Assembly: GCA_024704765.1 (NCBI GenBank)
Contig: JAKMXF010000365.1
Span: 620,001-684,000, forward strand
From: Oopsacas minuta
Taxonomy: Eukaryota > Animalia > Porifera
Direction: 5' to 3'
DNA: 64,000 bases
Under the pieces are notes generated by a model. The model saw only the letters and a list, made by a program, of their open reading frames with translations. It did no database searches and was not told the origin of the DNA. Positions 1-11,539 of the stretch are shown here, one piece after another (position 1 is the first letter of the stretch; each line of letters starts with the position of its first letter). A program made the position numbers and the translations under genes.

Positions 1-165
1 GAATTTCGATTAATCATTGTGACTGGTAACTATTGTTATCACAATAATAGCAAGTAAGTATCCGTTTCCCATATGTTTATTCTTCAAAGAACATGTAATA
101 TCAGTATATCATTTCCAAATGAATAATTGTAATGGTTGGGTAAGAATAAATAAATCTTCTTTTAG

Positions 166-2957
166 AGAAAGTAGAGGAACCTTCACTTTCTCCATCAGAT
201 CATGAAGATGAAGATTTGGAAGATATTCAATCTGATCCAGCCAAGTCTACAGGTTCATTTAATCAGCTTGGAGGATTCTATGTGAATGGAAAACCTCTGA
301 ACATAAAGTTGCGTGTACAAATTATTCACCTAGCATCTGTTGGCATGAGGGCCTGTGATATCAGTAAAAATCTCAAAGTATCTCATGGCTGTGTTAGCAA
401 GATCATCACGAGGTACTTTATAGTTAATTATATATTTCTGGGAAAAATGATCTATATGGGGGCAAATAATTTTTTGCATAGTTTATTCATAACTTTTTTC
501 TGATAGAAAAAACTGCTAAAATTTTGTGAGGTGTAAAATTAGATTTCCAATATCTCTCCAATTTGTAGTTTCATTTATTTCAGCTAGCTAAAGTATAGAT
601 GTGCGATAATAATTTATTCCGAGCGTTGTAAATATATGAAAGTACTTGTAAGTTTTCTGAAAATCCCAATTTTCGTTTTCAGGTAATTTATTTGTTGAAT
701 GTATTACACCGTCTATGAATATACGTTATAAAGTTGGTAATCTAATATAATTATTTTACAAATCTGGCCATTAGATATACGTAGTGTAACATATATGTAT
801 TCTTAAAAAATTACTTTCATTTGTTCATATGATAATATTATATTATTCTTACAACTCAAATATATATGATTGAAATGGAAATACAATTCTGATATTTGTA
901 GACTACTTTATAAGATCCATACAAAATTCTTACCATCCTCAGAATTTCGGAAAAATATTTTGTCATCGAGCAAACCAACTGTATAAATTTGCATATAATT
1001 AAGTTACTAATGATTGTGTTCATTTCAGATACAAGGAGACTGGCTCTATAAATCCAGGATTTATTGGAGGCAGTAAACCAAAGGTAGCTACCCCTGAAGT
1101 TGTTGCCAAAGTAGCTGACTACAGAATTAGGTTCCCTGGAATATTCGGTTGGGAAATAAGAAGCAAGCTAATTGAAGACAAGGTACTGTAATTTATATTA
1201 TCTCTAAGCTTTAACTTGATTTAATTCTCATAATTTATAGATTTGTGAAGAGAAGAGTATTCCTTCTATCAGCTCAATCAACCGTATTGTAAGGTCATTG
1301 GAGAACAGGGACCATTCGTTTTTAGCTGTGAGTCCTTAATTTAATAGTGACCCGAAAATATTTCAATATTTTATGAATAATTCATATAATAGGAACTGGG
1401 TTCTCCTCTCTCGCCTCTATCCTTCCCAAACCAAGATATTTCCAACACCATATCCCCACCTCATCATCCAATGGAACATCATTTCCAGAGTCCTAAATAC
1501 CTCTCTCATCTCTCAAAGCAATACACTTCACCTCACAAAGAGGCAGTAACTAGTTACACATCCTCTATTTCCCAGTACACCAGCAGGTACAAGTCTTGTC
1601 CTAACAAACCAGCGATGCATGGAAGTGAGGTATCCAAACCTCCCTGTAGATATTCCTCTCTCTCCAAACGACATAAAGGTAGAATTAATAAGTTAAAATA
1701 TCACACTAGTAGATTTAATACAATCATTTTATTCATAGCTAATACTACTACTGCAGCTAACCGTAACATATCTCAAACCAAACAACCTCATGACTCATCT
1801 TCTAACAGTAGTTACGAGGAGGTAAGTATTTAGAATAATATATTTACTGTCAATATACTATATTCACTGTTATATTTCAGTTCATCCCTCTCCCGCAGAA
1901 CTGGTCTAACTCCACACAGGACAGCGGTGTGTGGAGCGATTTGTCTGACACTTATCCTAACTATCCTCTCTGTCACCCATACAAACCTTCATGTAAACGT
2001 AAACTGAGTTTTTCAGGTGTCACAGACCTGTCACAGCCCCCTGTCAAACGCTCACTCAAGAACTCTGCTACTCTTCAAAACACACCGACTTCTTCCACAA
2101 AGATTACTAGAAAGAGATCACGTAAATCAGCTTGTATAGAAGATACAGGTTCAATCACCAGATCAGAAAAACGAGCTAATAATAAGAACTCTAAATCTAA
2201 TGTACAGGTTAAACAGAAGTACCAGATGTTGCCAGGTTGCAACGCTGGAATGTTAAGTACTCAATCCCTCCCTACAGTAACATATTCTAGTATTCACTCT
2301 ACTCAGGAATCTGTTGGTTACTCCTCTCTCACTCCATCTCAAGATCCAAACATCTTCCCTTCTCCTCCTAGTCATAGCATACCATTACCTGACTTATTAC
2401 CTATTGACAGCTCCTCCCTTCTATACCCATGTTCCTCTGTAGTGGATCCTGCTAGCTCCTGGCCTGATAAAGACGTAGGGGCTCCTAGCTTGGCTTCTAG
2501 TCACTACAATACTCCATCTCCTCCTAGCTTCCACACAGATATAGGCTACTCAACTTCTAACTCTACTTATTCTCAAAACTCTAACAAGATAGAAGCATCA
2601 TCTCAATTATCAGAACATATTCATTGTGGTTCTATGCACCCCTCTTACTTCTACTCTCAATATCAAGCCGCAGACTCCCACTGGAATGTTACACCCTCTA
2701 GATTACAACCAATTAACCCACGTTACACATCACAAGATGGCAGATGTCAAGTACAGGAACCTTTCAAACCTCTACCTATGTCTAGTCCTCCTTCCTATCT
2801 ATCCACCCGCACTAGATACCCCTCTCCTGACTCTACCTCCACACATCCCTTCTACACCTCTACCTCCCTCTTCCAACAAGCAGAGGAAGGGATACATTCT
2901 AGAGCCCTGTTACCAAGCATGATTGACTCTACTCACTCTCTACCACCAGGTAATTAA
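166..2957 (+). CDS. Pax-family transcription factor (paired domain; no homeodomain seen), multi-exon, 5' end uncertain
   Basis: The paired domain assembles across exons ~166-412, 1029-1182 and 1241-1327: [36 protein letters not shown]|[36 protein letters not shown]|[18 protein letters not shown]. An in-frame exon follows from 1393, then a Ser/Pro-rich terminal exon ~1881-2957. Confidence 0.9.
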
Positions 2958-3892
2958 TTCATTAATAATACAGTCAACATTTCTTACAAATTTGATTTTA
3001 TCGCGATCTTCTCACTAAATAGATAAATATAATTATTAAGTCTAAGTGACGCTACAACTCTGTTAACCTGCTAATCATTGAGGTTATTAATATATCCTCA
3101 AAAGATTACCAAATAATTAGATTATTATTATTAAGAAGGTTTCTATTATTTGCTCTTATTCCTGTCAGATGGATTATTGTAGCACTTACGTGTGTAACAC
3201 GATAACTCTAATTATTCTTTTTTCTAGTTTCACTAGGGGAATTAACACATATTACAAGCACTGTACAGTCTAATTATCCTATTCTATCTCCTGTCAAGGA
3301 TTCTAACTCCAAGAAATGTCCCTCTATCAATCCAATTAATAATGAAGGTAATTTATAACGTAATTATTAAGAATCCAATTCGAATAAAATTAAGAATTAT
3401 ACCATACAATAACTACTGTGCTTGATATACGTAATACAAAATGCTTTCAATGAGTTTTACTTCGGTTAATAACGACCTGACTATGATAAAGTTGGACACG
3501 ACTATAAGTTATACTAGAAATGATATTTTGAAATATAAAATTTGGATTTATAGTTCTGAACGATTCACCATTGAGCACCTGCAGCTACCCTCTCTCCTTA
3601 GACACAAACCAAACTATTCCCACTGATAGCAGCAGTTACTACCTATCTGACGTCACACACCCTTTCTCTAGCACCCTAGACGATACTATATTCCCTACTC
3701 CTCCTTCTTTTCAACTCAGCTCATAATACGTTTTTAATCCATCATTTACAGCAGCATATCACTTGTATAAACTTTGTTTACAAATATACGATACAGCAAT
3801 TATAATTCGATAAGAAATCTATTTCTAATATATTATGCACATCAATATTTGTAGTACGAATTCACACATTCGATTAAAATATTATTATCTAG

Positions 3893-4744
3893 TTAATTCG
3901 CTTTCTTTCCGGGAAATACAAATATCTTAGGATCAGTTAACTCAGTGAGTTGTCTAAACAACATATTAAATGTACCAGTGACAGTAACAACCTTGGTATA
4001 ATCCGGCTTGAATGTATTCAGTATAAGTATAAGAGGAGATTCTTTGCCTTCCTTATCGATTAGTATTATAGGCTTGAGCACCACGAAATGTCCACCTACA
4101 TCAGCAATGAATGCAGGTACATCTGAATCCAAACTTTCCCCAAATCGCTCTAACCACTGAGACGGAGTTAGATGTAATCTCTCTCCTGTATTTAACGTGA
4201 CGTCATAGAACATATTAAGGTGTAAAAATGGCTCTTCCTCATTCAGTCTGTCTTTCTCTTCATGATACACTTCTCCTAGATCTCTCTCTAGCCTCCTTAC
4301 GAAATGTATTTTACCATTCTTCTTTTTGTGTAGCCAATCACTTATCTCGTAGTTAGCTACCCAGTCTCGTAGATATCTCTCTTCATCATATATTGTACCA
4401 GAATTTATTAATTCAACAGGGAAGTTTGTCTTATGATTTAAGACATACTTTTGTCTGTTGTTTAAGAGCCATGACATCATTTCCCTAACTTCTTCCAACA
4501 CGCCAGCTGGATGGCTCAATATCTTAACCATCTTCTCAACATCTCTAGTCTGCATACGCAGAGAAGAGAAGTGAGCAGACACGAGCTCAGCTATACAACA
4601 AGAGAGATATCCACATATCATACTAGCTGTCCTGAATTCTTTGATAGAGTTTGTGAATGCATCATTAAGCTGGTCTACTATCTGTAATTCCCTTATGATT
4701 ACTTCTCCATCCTGAGAACTGGAGGCTGTTTCTGTTTTAAACAT
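3893..4744 (-). CDS. Intronless 283-aa protein of unknown family; candidate papain-like Cys-His-Asn peptidase fold
   Basis: Uninterrupted ATG-to-stop ORF with globular composition. Motifs are ASMICGYLSC, VGGHFVVL and LILNT. Confidence 0.7.
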   Translation of the reverse strand: MFKTETASSSQDGEVIIRELQIVDQLNDAFTNSIKEFRTASMICGYLSCCIAELVSAHFSSLRMQTRDVEKMVKILSHPAGVLEEVREMMSWLLNNRQKYVLNHKTNFPVELINSGTIYDEERYLRDWVANYEISDWLHKKKNGKIHFVRRLERDLGEVYHEEKDRLNEEEPFLHLNMFYDVTLNTGERLHLTPSQWLERFGESLDSDVPAFIADVGGHFVVLKPIILIDKEGKESPLILILNTFKPDYTKVVTVTGTFNMLFRQLTELTDPKIFVFPGKKAN

Positions 4745-5245
4745 TGGATATTGTATATTTCCTATCTAATCTCTACTATTTAGTTATGGGATGGGGGGAA
4801 TATAAACCGAATTCCAAAAAAATAAAATCTGAAATTTTAATATATAATTCTGTTCCCAACACATTCACATCGTCAATAATTTATGTTTCGTAAACCGTAT
4901 ACAAACAAATAGCTCACTTGAAATATTAATCTAGCAATTATCTTCTATAATAGATAAATACAAGAATTAAAATATAAATAAGAAGCACAATTATAAACTT
5001 GTTTTTTTGAAGAATATTCGTTACTCCTGATCTAGAAATGCAATTAAGTATATAATTGAAAGTTTAATAATGGATTCAGCAATGTGGCTCCAAAGTTCAT
5101 AATGACTAGGTTTATAATCATTTATTGGAATTGGAAAAAATTTTAATTTATGACCGTGGCGAGACTTAGAGTTTTGAATATTGACAAAATATGATATAGC
5201 TAGTAAAGGTGGAATAGAAATTATTAGCTCTTATGCAGCAATGTA

Positions 5246-8200
5246 CTATATTTCAAAGGTTGTAGAAACTGACTTAGATTTTCTCTTTTGAGAATAAACA
5301 AATAGATATTTCAGTTGCATATCAGCACTGGAATCTACAACAATATAACTCTCTGGAGAGTTCTTCTTAGAAGTAGAATACGCCTTCTTATCAACATAAC
5401 ACACTGCTACACAGCTCAACCTCTCTCCTAGTATAGATTTATTCCATACAAAACTAGCTTGAGGACTGTAGTCTATAGAAATAGCTAGATCTGATCCAAA
5501 ATAGATACCTTTTCCAAACAATGATCTCTAAGAGTATATTATTCATAACCAACCATTTAGTATCAAATATTTCCTTACATAACATAGCTAGATACAATTA
5601 TAATTTTAGAGGTGCAATGATGACAAAGATATAGGGACAACTGATTATTATGTGAAGCCCCATAAGGGAAATCGATAGGCCTGAGCACCTTGTTAAATTA
5701 TTTAACACCTCTTTAGAAAGGTGTGAATTTATACACAATTAAAAGTTTGATAGAAATACATTCGTATAAAGCGTATATTAATTAGCGCTATTGGTCTTAC
5801 ATCGATAATTTATAGATATTACAAGTATAGCAGTAAATTTACGAACCTCTGAAGCAAATAACGGAGATAGCCCATTGTGTAGGATCGAGTGGAAATTCTC
5901 CAACTTTGACCCATGGTAAGCTAAAATGCAATTCTTAGCAAGAAGAGCTTCTCTATCTGGATAGGTAACTTCCAAAATAGCTCTTGGAGCAGGCATGCGG
6001 TATCCAGTAGGTGAAGTTGCTTGTATTATTCTGCTATACTAAATATACGATAAGTAAATACAGTAGAAACCGATTTTTTCTTACTATTTCTTTGCTCGGA
6101 AAAAACCGGTTTCGAGTGTATATTGGTATCAATGTTTTGTGACAAATGAAAGTTTTCCAAATACTTAGCATATTTATTGTTTAGGTTACCATATGTACTC
6201 ACCATTGAAGGAGAAAGGGTCTTGATACTAACTCTCCGTGGGAAAATAATCCATTGAACAAGTTTGTAGAGATTAGAGTTAGAGGAAATATCTTTCAGTG
6301 ATTTAAGCTGATTTAATTCCCCGAGTATACTCAACTATAAGAGAAGGAAAATCATCGAATTGCTAAAGGAATCAAAATATTGCAAAATATTCTAGTATCT
6401 AACTCTAATGCATCAGATACTAGAATATTCTAGAAATCTGTTTCGTTTAAGATTACTCTGAAAGTTTTATACACTACAAAAAGCAATCCAGCCTGTAATT
6501 GCACATATCGAATAGATTGAATCATAACGCCCCCGCAACATGAATTGAAACATGATCCTTGAGTAGATGTGCTATTTATAAGGGAAATTTATTAAAATTG
6601 ATATTTCCTAATTAATATTGTGCTTTGGATAATTCCTTGAATGATTCGTTGGTAGGTAAATTACCTTAATTTACCTTAAGGAATTGACCTAGTCAACAAC
6701 CAATCAAAGGGGAGGCAACCTAGTGAAGGTCAAAAATGTAGGACACGTAGAATTAGAAGTAGTATAAATATGAATAGAGTCGAATTAATTGGCCAATAGC
6801 TCAAAACTGAGATTCCATTTAACAGACATTTGTATTGAATTCAATAGTTGAAATTCTACCATATTATAACCAGTGGTGTCCTGCTGTGGGAGCGGGTGGG
6901 AGCGCCGCTCCCATACTTTTTTTTAACAAATCAAATTGGCAAGTAACAATTACTTCAGGAGTTACTGAATTTGTGTACCTGATATCTATAGTAGCATGCA
7001 ATCAATATTTGAAATCAATTGAAATTTGTTCCAAATATAATTTAGTCGAGTTGGAGAGCAAATGTTTACTTTATAGCGCCGTGCAGGCTTGGACCGGGTC
7101 ACTATTTTCAATGAATTTTGGGGTCTGAACCGGGTCACTGATTTTGACTTGACCCGGTTTATATCCTTATAGATAATTTGATTATATTGGTTTGTAAAAT
7201 CATAAAGATTCAGTCAATATTAGTTGGACGTTTCATTTTCATGAATCATTAGTATTTTTACCAAACTTGTTTGGTATCATTACTACTGTATACTTATATA
7301 CATATATACTCTTATGTACGTATATAGATATGTAATATAGAAAATTAATGCTTTGAAAAACCGGGTCACCGGGTCAGGAAATCATGACCCGGTCCAAGTC
7401 TGGCGCCGTGAATATATCGTAGAAGTTATTCCATGCGACTCATCTGAATGCGAAAGGGGGTTCAGTTAAATGAATATCATATTGGATGAGAAACGAAACC
7501 GGCTTACAATAGAACACGTTTCTTCTTTGCTGTTTATCCAGCTTAATGGTCCACCACTGACTATTTGGAGACCATTGGAATATTCTAAATCTTGGCTCTT
7601 GCACCATAATTCAGCAACAGATATCCATGGCTTGAAATCCAAAATTTCTGAGCCCCATAAACAAGAAGAAATTTGGAAGTATTATTAGTTAAATAATTCT
7701 GGGTACTCAATCACTTGTTAGAACTCTATATTCAGATTTACTACTAAACCTTTGATATTATTCATACTTATCTTATTAATTCAATTACCAGTATATTGTT
7801 TGAATTTTGTATTAGAAATTAGGATATATTCAATTGAATTTAAAATTTGAAATACCGCTCCCATACTTATAATTAGAGCAGGGCATCTCTGATTATAACA
7901 TGGCCAGTTTGAACACACCAGATTACATCACCACGGCAAGAAACGCCCAAATAGCTAGTGTAATGTCGCAGGTACATGACAGGCTCAAAGAGTTACATAA
8001 AATTATAGCCGAGAGAGAACAAACTCTTATAGCAGAGCTTGAATCCAGCAGGAATGTGAAATTAGACGATTATATTCCTGCTAACATAAGCCAAGACATG
8101 TCCCTAGTGAATAGTTTTACACATAGGAATGATCAAACAAGGCCAGTTCCATCAAGTTTCGAATTGGATTATTCCATACTAGAAGCAGTAAAATCAATTG

Positions 8201-9577
8201 GCCATTTCACGTACTCCGATACGCCAACTAATCACACAAAAGGCAGGAGTTATGTACCAAAGCCTATGTCCAACCCAGGTAGAAATAATCCCACTGTAGC
8301 TGTTGGGAAAGGAGGATTAGCACCTGGAGAGTTTAATGTTCCAAGAGGATTAGCTATAGATCCTACAACCTCAAACATTTACATAGCTGATTGTGTGAAC
8401 CATCGTGTACAAGTTTTCAATTCAGATGGCCAATATCTGTTCCATTTTGGAAACGAGCGAGGAGAAAATAAGATGTGTAATCCTTGGAGCATCTGCATAT
8501 CTATACAAGGCTTATACGTAACACAGTTCAAACTAGGCGCAATCCACGCATATAAATATGATGGAACATTCGTAAATAAAACAGGATCAAGGGGTAAAGG
8601 AGCAGGACAGTTTCAATACCCAGAAGGTTTAACCAATGACGTAGATGGAAATGTTATCATTTGTGATCGGGGTAATAACAGAGTTCAAGTTCTAAACGGT
8701 GAACTAAACTATCTTACAGAATTCGGTAGTGAAATCTTGAAAAAGCCTCGTGATGTGAAAATAGTTTCCGAATACGTAATTGTCCTAGACAAGTCAAATC
8801 CCTGCTTGCACGTGTTTACGATTCGTAGCGATAAAAGTGGAGTAGACCATATTCAAGACATGATAACACAAGGCCAGGGAGAGCAAGTGTGCAAACCAGG
8901 GTTCTTCACACTTGATGGAAACAACTGTATCCTAATTAGCGACCAATGGAATCATACAATCAAATGTTTCTCTGCAAATGGTGAATACAAGAAGGATGTT
9001 ATCAGCTTGTGTAACCTGTACAGACCACAAGGAATAGATTATGATACAACCAAACATCAAATTGTGTGTGTTTGTTGGAACCAATCAGATGTATTACAGA
9101 TTTTCAAAACGGAGTGTTTAACTAAGTAAATTCTTGTGAATAATTCCCATTAAATATTATAGTTTTGTGTGTGTATTGATTAAAACTATTTATATCTTGC
9201 TTACAAATACATCAAATGCGGTCGAATTCTACACGTAGACGTCATGGTATAGAAGATAGTATCATCACATATAAAATACTTAATTGCAAATACGAATAAG
9301 TTTCGAATGGTCACGATTAAATAAAATGAAAATATACAAATAAACTCACGACTTCTCTCTGTCTACCCTGAGACACTGTAGACTGGTGTAGACTAGAACT
9401 CATCTCTGCATAGTCAGGAGGACAAGGTCTAACTAGACTGTGATACTTGAAACTTCTACAAGCTGATAAGAACAGAGCGATGAGTAGCTCACTCGCTTCT
9501 CTGTCCTCTCTAATACGAGACTGTACACACATTTCCTTCGTAACTGTGTGGGTTACATCTGTATCAGCACACGCCAT
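5246..9577 (-). CDS. PARP16: PARP16-like mono-ADP-ribosyltransferase; 3' end (possible TM-tail exon to ~5030) uncertain
   Basis: Exons 9577-9350 (ELLIALFLSACRSFKYHSLVRPCP), 6334-6203, 6038-5847 (YHGSKLENFHSILHNGL) and 5527-~5270 (RSLFGKGIYFGSDL..LSCVAVC..SYIVV..LKYLFVYSQK). The first three introns are phase-0 GT-AG and the H-Y-Y triad is present. Confidence 0.88.
7084..7402. mobile_element. hAT-type MITE (319 bp) nested in the larger hAT element
   Basis: 18-bp TIRs CAGGCTTGGACCGGGTCA / TGACCCGGTCCAAGTCTG (17/18 match), exact 8-bp TSD GCGCCGTG at 7076-7083 and 7403-7410, and repeated internal CCGGGTCA motifs. Confidence 0.9.
7425..7688 (+). pseudogene. hAT transposase C-terminal (dimerisation-region) remnant
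   Basis: Translates as VIPCDSSECERGFS*MNIILDEKRNRLTIEHVSSLLFIQLNGPPL, the hAT CERxFS..RNRL motif, with an in-frame stop. Confidence 0.8.
7900..9129 (+). CDS. Intronless NHL-repeat (beta-propeller) protein with N-terminal coiled coil; TRIM-NHL-like without RING or B-box
   Basis: NHL repeats FNVPRGLAID..IYIADCVNHRVQVF and FQYPEGLTND..IICDRGNNRVQVL. Lies antisense within PARP16 intron 1. Confidence 0.9.
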   Translation: MASLNTPDYITTARNAQIASVMSQVHDRLKELHKIIAEREQTLIAELESSRNVKLDDYIPANISQDMSLVNSFTHRNDQTRPVPSSFELDYSILEAVKSIGHFTYSDTPTNHTKGRSYVPKPMSNPGRNNPTVAVGKGGLAPGEFNVPRGLAIDPTTSNIYIADCVNHRVQVFNSDGQYLFHFGNERGENKMCNPWSICISIQGLYVTQFKLGAIHAYKYDGTFVNKTGSRGKGAGQFQYPEGLTNDVDGNVIICDRGNNRVQVLNGELNYLTEFGSEILKKPRDVKIVSEYVIVLDKSNPCLHVFTIRSDKSGVDHIQDMITQGQGEQVCKPGFFTLDGNNCILISDQWNHTIKCFSANGEYKKDVISLCNLYRPQGIDYDTTKHQIVCVCWNQSDVLQIFKTECLTK

Positions 9578-9780
9578 CAAAACTACTATTCGTCTATGAC
9601 TACAATATAACCCGGGCTATGTATTTGAATTTAAAATGAATTATTTGCTTCGACTTTGTCGAATAAGATACATTTATAGCTTATTAACCGAATTTTACAG
9701 TATGGATGATTGCTTTCTACATTGAATTTAAACAAATGTCAAATAATTCTCTAGCCGCCCACGTTGTATAATACATAAAA

Positions 9781-10884
9781 TTACTGTAAGAAAGATAGAG
9801 GGTACATTGGTTTACCGTCTAGTACATATCTGATCCAATGCTTAACTGAGGAAGATCTCAACCTCACATACTTCAAGTCATCATATGTAACCCAACAAGC
9901 ACCAGCACTCTCATAATCAGGTGTTGTTTTAGGCAGCTGTTCAGTATGGGAGGGATTAGGTCTAGCATAGAATACAACTTCCATCCTCATGCCTCCTCCG
10001 TGGTATCTCCCATGCTTAATACTCAATATTCCTTTTAGCCTTATATCTATCCCTACTTCTTCCTTGACTTCTCTTATCGCTGCACTCTGGAATCTCTCCA
10101 GAGGGTCCACACGTCCACCTGGTAGCCAATATCCCAGCTGACCGAATTCCTGAACACATAAGAACTTGTTGCATTTTTCTCGTTGAACAATAACTAAAGA
10201 GAACCCATAGAATGTCTCAGTTATGAGTGGAGATAAGAGTGCAGCTTTCCTTACTACAGGTCCATGAGTTTCATGTATGTGCTGGCCTGCATTTTTGACT
10301 TCATTAGAACAAATCGGACAAAATACTTTCTTGACTGGACAGTTAATATGATATAGTGGGAAGTGATTCCACAGGTCATCTTCTCCAAGTCTAGCCAGTC
10401 CACATTCAGGACACGTGAGTGTAGAGCTAGACTGGTGTCTGGTGAGTAGATAGGAGAGTACTTGCTTCACACACCTCTCACTCTGTTCTACTGAGCTAGT
10501 CACCATGTTAACACCTACATCTGCTAGTTCCAGTCTCTTGTACGCACTCTCTGAAAGATATGTATCCAGTAGACACACGAAAGTATCGGAGAGGAGTTTG
10601 ATACGTTTGGAGAGGAATGGTACCATTTTGGTGTATCTCTCTCTACCACAGGGCCCTATGAGTAGTAGTAACAGTAGATCTGATTCTGGATTCCTCTTCA
10701 GTCTGTCTACTAGCCTCTCCAACTCTATCATTCCCTCGCCCTCACTCACGATACTACACTCCAGCTGTTTGTAAGAGGCTAGTGATAAGCTTACTTCTCT
10801 CAGCTTGTCATCTGGCCAGCAGATAACTACATGACATGTAGCTAGTTGAGGGACAGGGCTTTTTGAACCAGATTTTGTAGCCAT
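9781..10884 (-). CDS. Zinc-finger Nudix hydrolase, copy 1 (intronless)
   Basis: Intact Nudix box GRVDPLERFQSAAIREVKEEVGI. C2H2-like fingers CPECG..LWNHFPLYH and CPICS..GQHIHETH. The ATG is at 10884; the ORF track starts upstream at a GTG. Confidence 0.88.
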   Translation of the reverse strand: MATKSGSKSPVPQLATCHVVICWPDDKLREVSLSLASYKQLECSIVSEGEGMIELERLVDRLKRNPESDLLLLLLIGPCGRERYTKMVPFLSKRIKLLSDTFVCLLDTYLSESAYKRLELADVGVNMVTSSVEQSERCVKQVLSYLLTRHQSSSTLTCPECGLARLGEDDLWNHFPLYHINCPVKKVFCPICSNEVKNAGQHIHETHGPVVRKAALLSPLITETFYGFSLVIVQREKCNKFLCVQEFGQLGYWLPGGRVDPLERFQSAAIREVKEEVGIDIRLKGILSIKHGRYHGGGMRMEVVFYARPNPSHTEQLPKTTPDYESAGACWVTYDDLKYVRLRSSSVKHWIRYVLDGKPMYPLSFLQ

Positions 10885-11539
10885 TTTTGTTGAATGTTGA
10901 TAATGCACTAAATACAGTAGTATACTATCAATATGCTTTATAACAGAACAACCAGATCAATCTACTATATAAACTTTTTATGTTAGTTTCAACATTCAAA
11001 AGAACTTATTTATGGCTATAAAACGAAGCCCTGTCCCTCAACTAGCTACATGTCATGTAGTTATCTGCTGGCCAGATGACAAGCTGAGAGAAGTAAGCTT
11101 ATCACTAGCCTCTTACAAACAGCTGGAGTGTAGTATCGTGAGTGAGGGCGAGGGAATGATAGAGTTGGAGAGGCTAGTAGACAGACTGAAGAGGAATCCA
11201 GAATCAGATCTACTGTTACTACTACTCATAGGGCCCTGTGGTAGAGAGAGATACACCAAAATGGTACCATTCCTCTCCAAACGTATCAAACTCCTCTCCG
11301 ATACTTTCGTGTGTCTACTGGATACATATCTTTCAGAGAGTGCGTACAAGAGACTGGAACTAGCAGATGTAGGTGTTAACATGGTGACTAGCTCAGTAGA
11401 ACAGAGTGAGAGGTGTGTGAAGCAAGTACTCTCCTATCTACTCACCAGACACCAGTCTAGCTCTACACTCACGTGTCCTGAATGTGGACTGGCTAGACTT
11501 GGAGAAGATGACCTGTGGAATCACTTCCCACTCTATCAT
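10348..11539. repeat. Long inverted repeat: arms ~10348-10861 and ~11026-11539 (~514 bp), 164-bp spacer
   Basis: Base-by-base reverse-complement match. The only difference noticed is a synonymous CTA/CTC near the distal end. Confidence 0.92.

Larger units (their letters stand above)
6871..7891 (+). mobile_element. Non-autonomous hAT DNA transposon (deletion derivative)
   Basis: Imperfect 15-bp TIRs (CAGTGGTGTCCTGCT at 6871; AGCAGGGCATCTCTG ending 7891) with an exact 8-bp TSD ATTATAAC at 6863-6870 and 7892-7899. The subterminal motif CCGCTCCCATACT occurs at both ends and the interior carries a transposase remnant. Confidence 0.85.

Noticed and set aside
1881-2957. Octapeptide or homeodomain in the Pax C-terminus
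   Set aside because: [10 protein letters not shown] only loosely resembles the HSIxGILG octapeptide, and no helix-3 WFxNRR-like motif was found.
6835-7128. 97-aa ORF
   Set aside because: It spans the hAT left end and the MITE junction and has no recognisable motifs.
10505-11382. Two identical 89-aa ORFs (10505-10774 + and 11113-11382 -)
   Set aside because: They are antisense shadows of the Nudix genes, duplicated by the inverted repeat.
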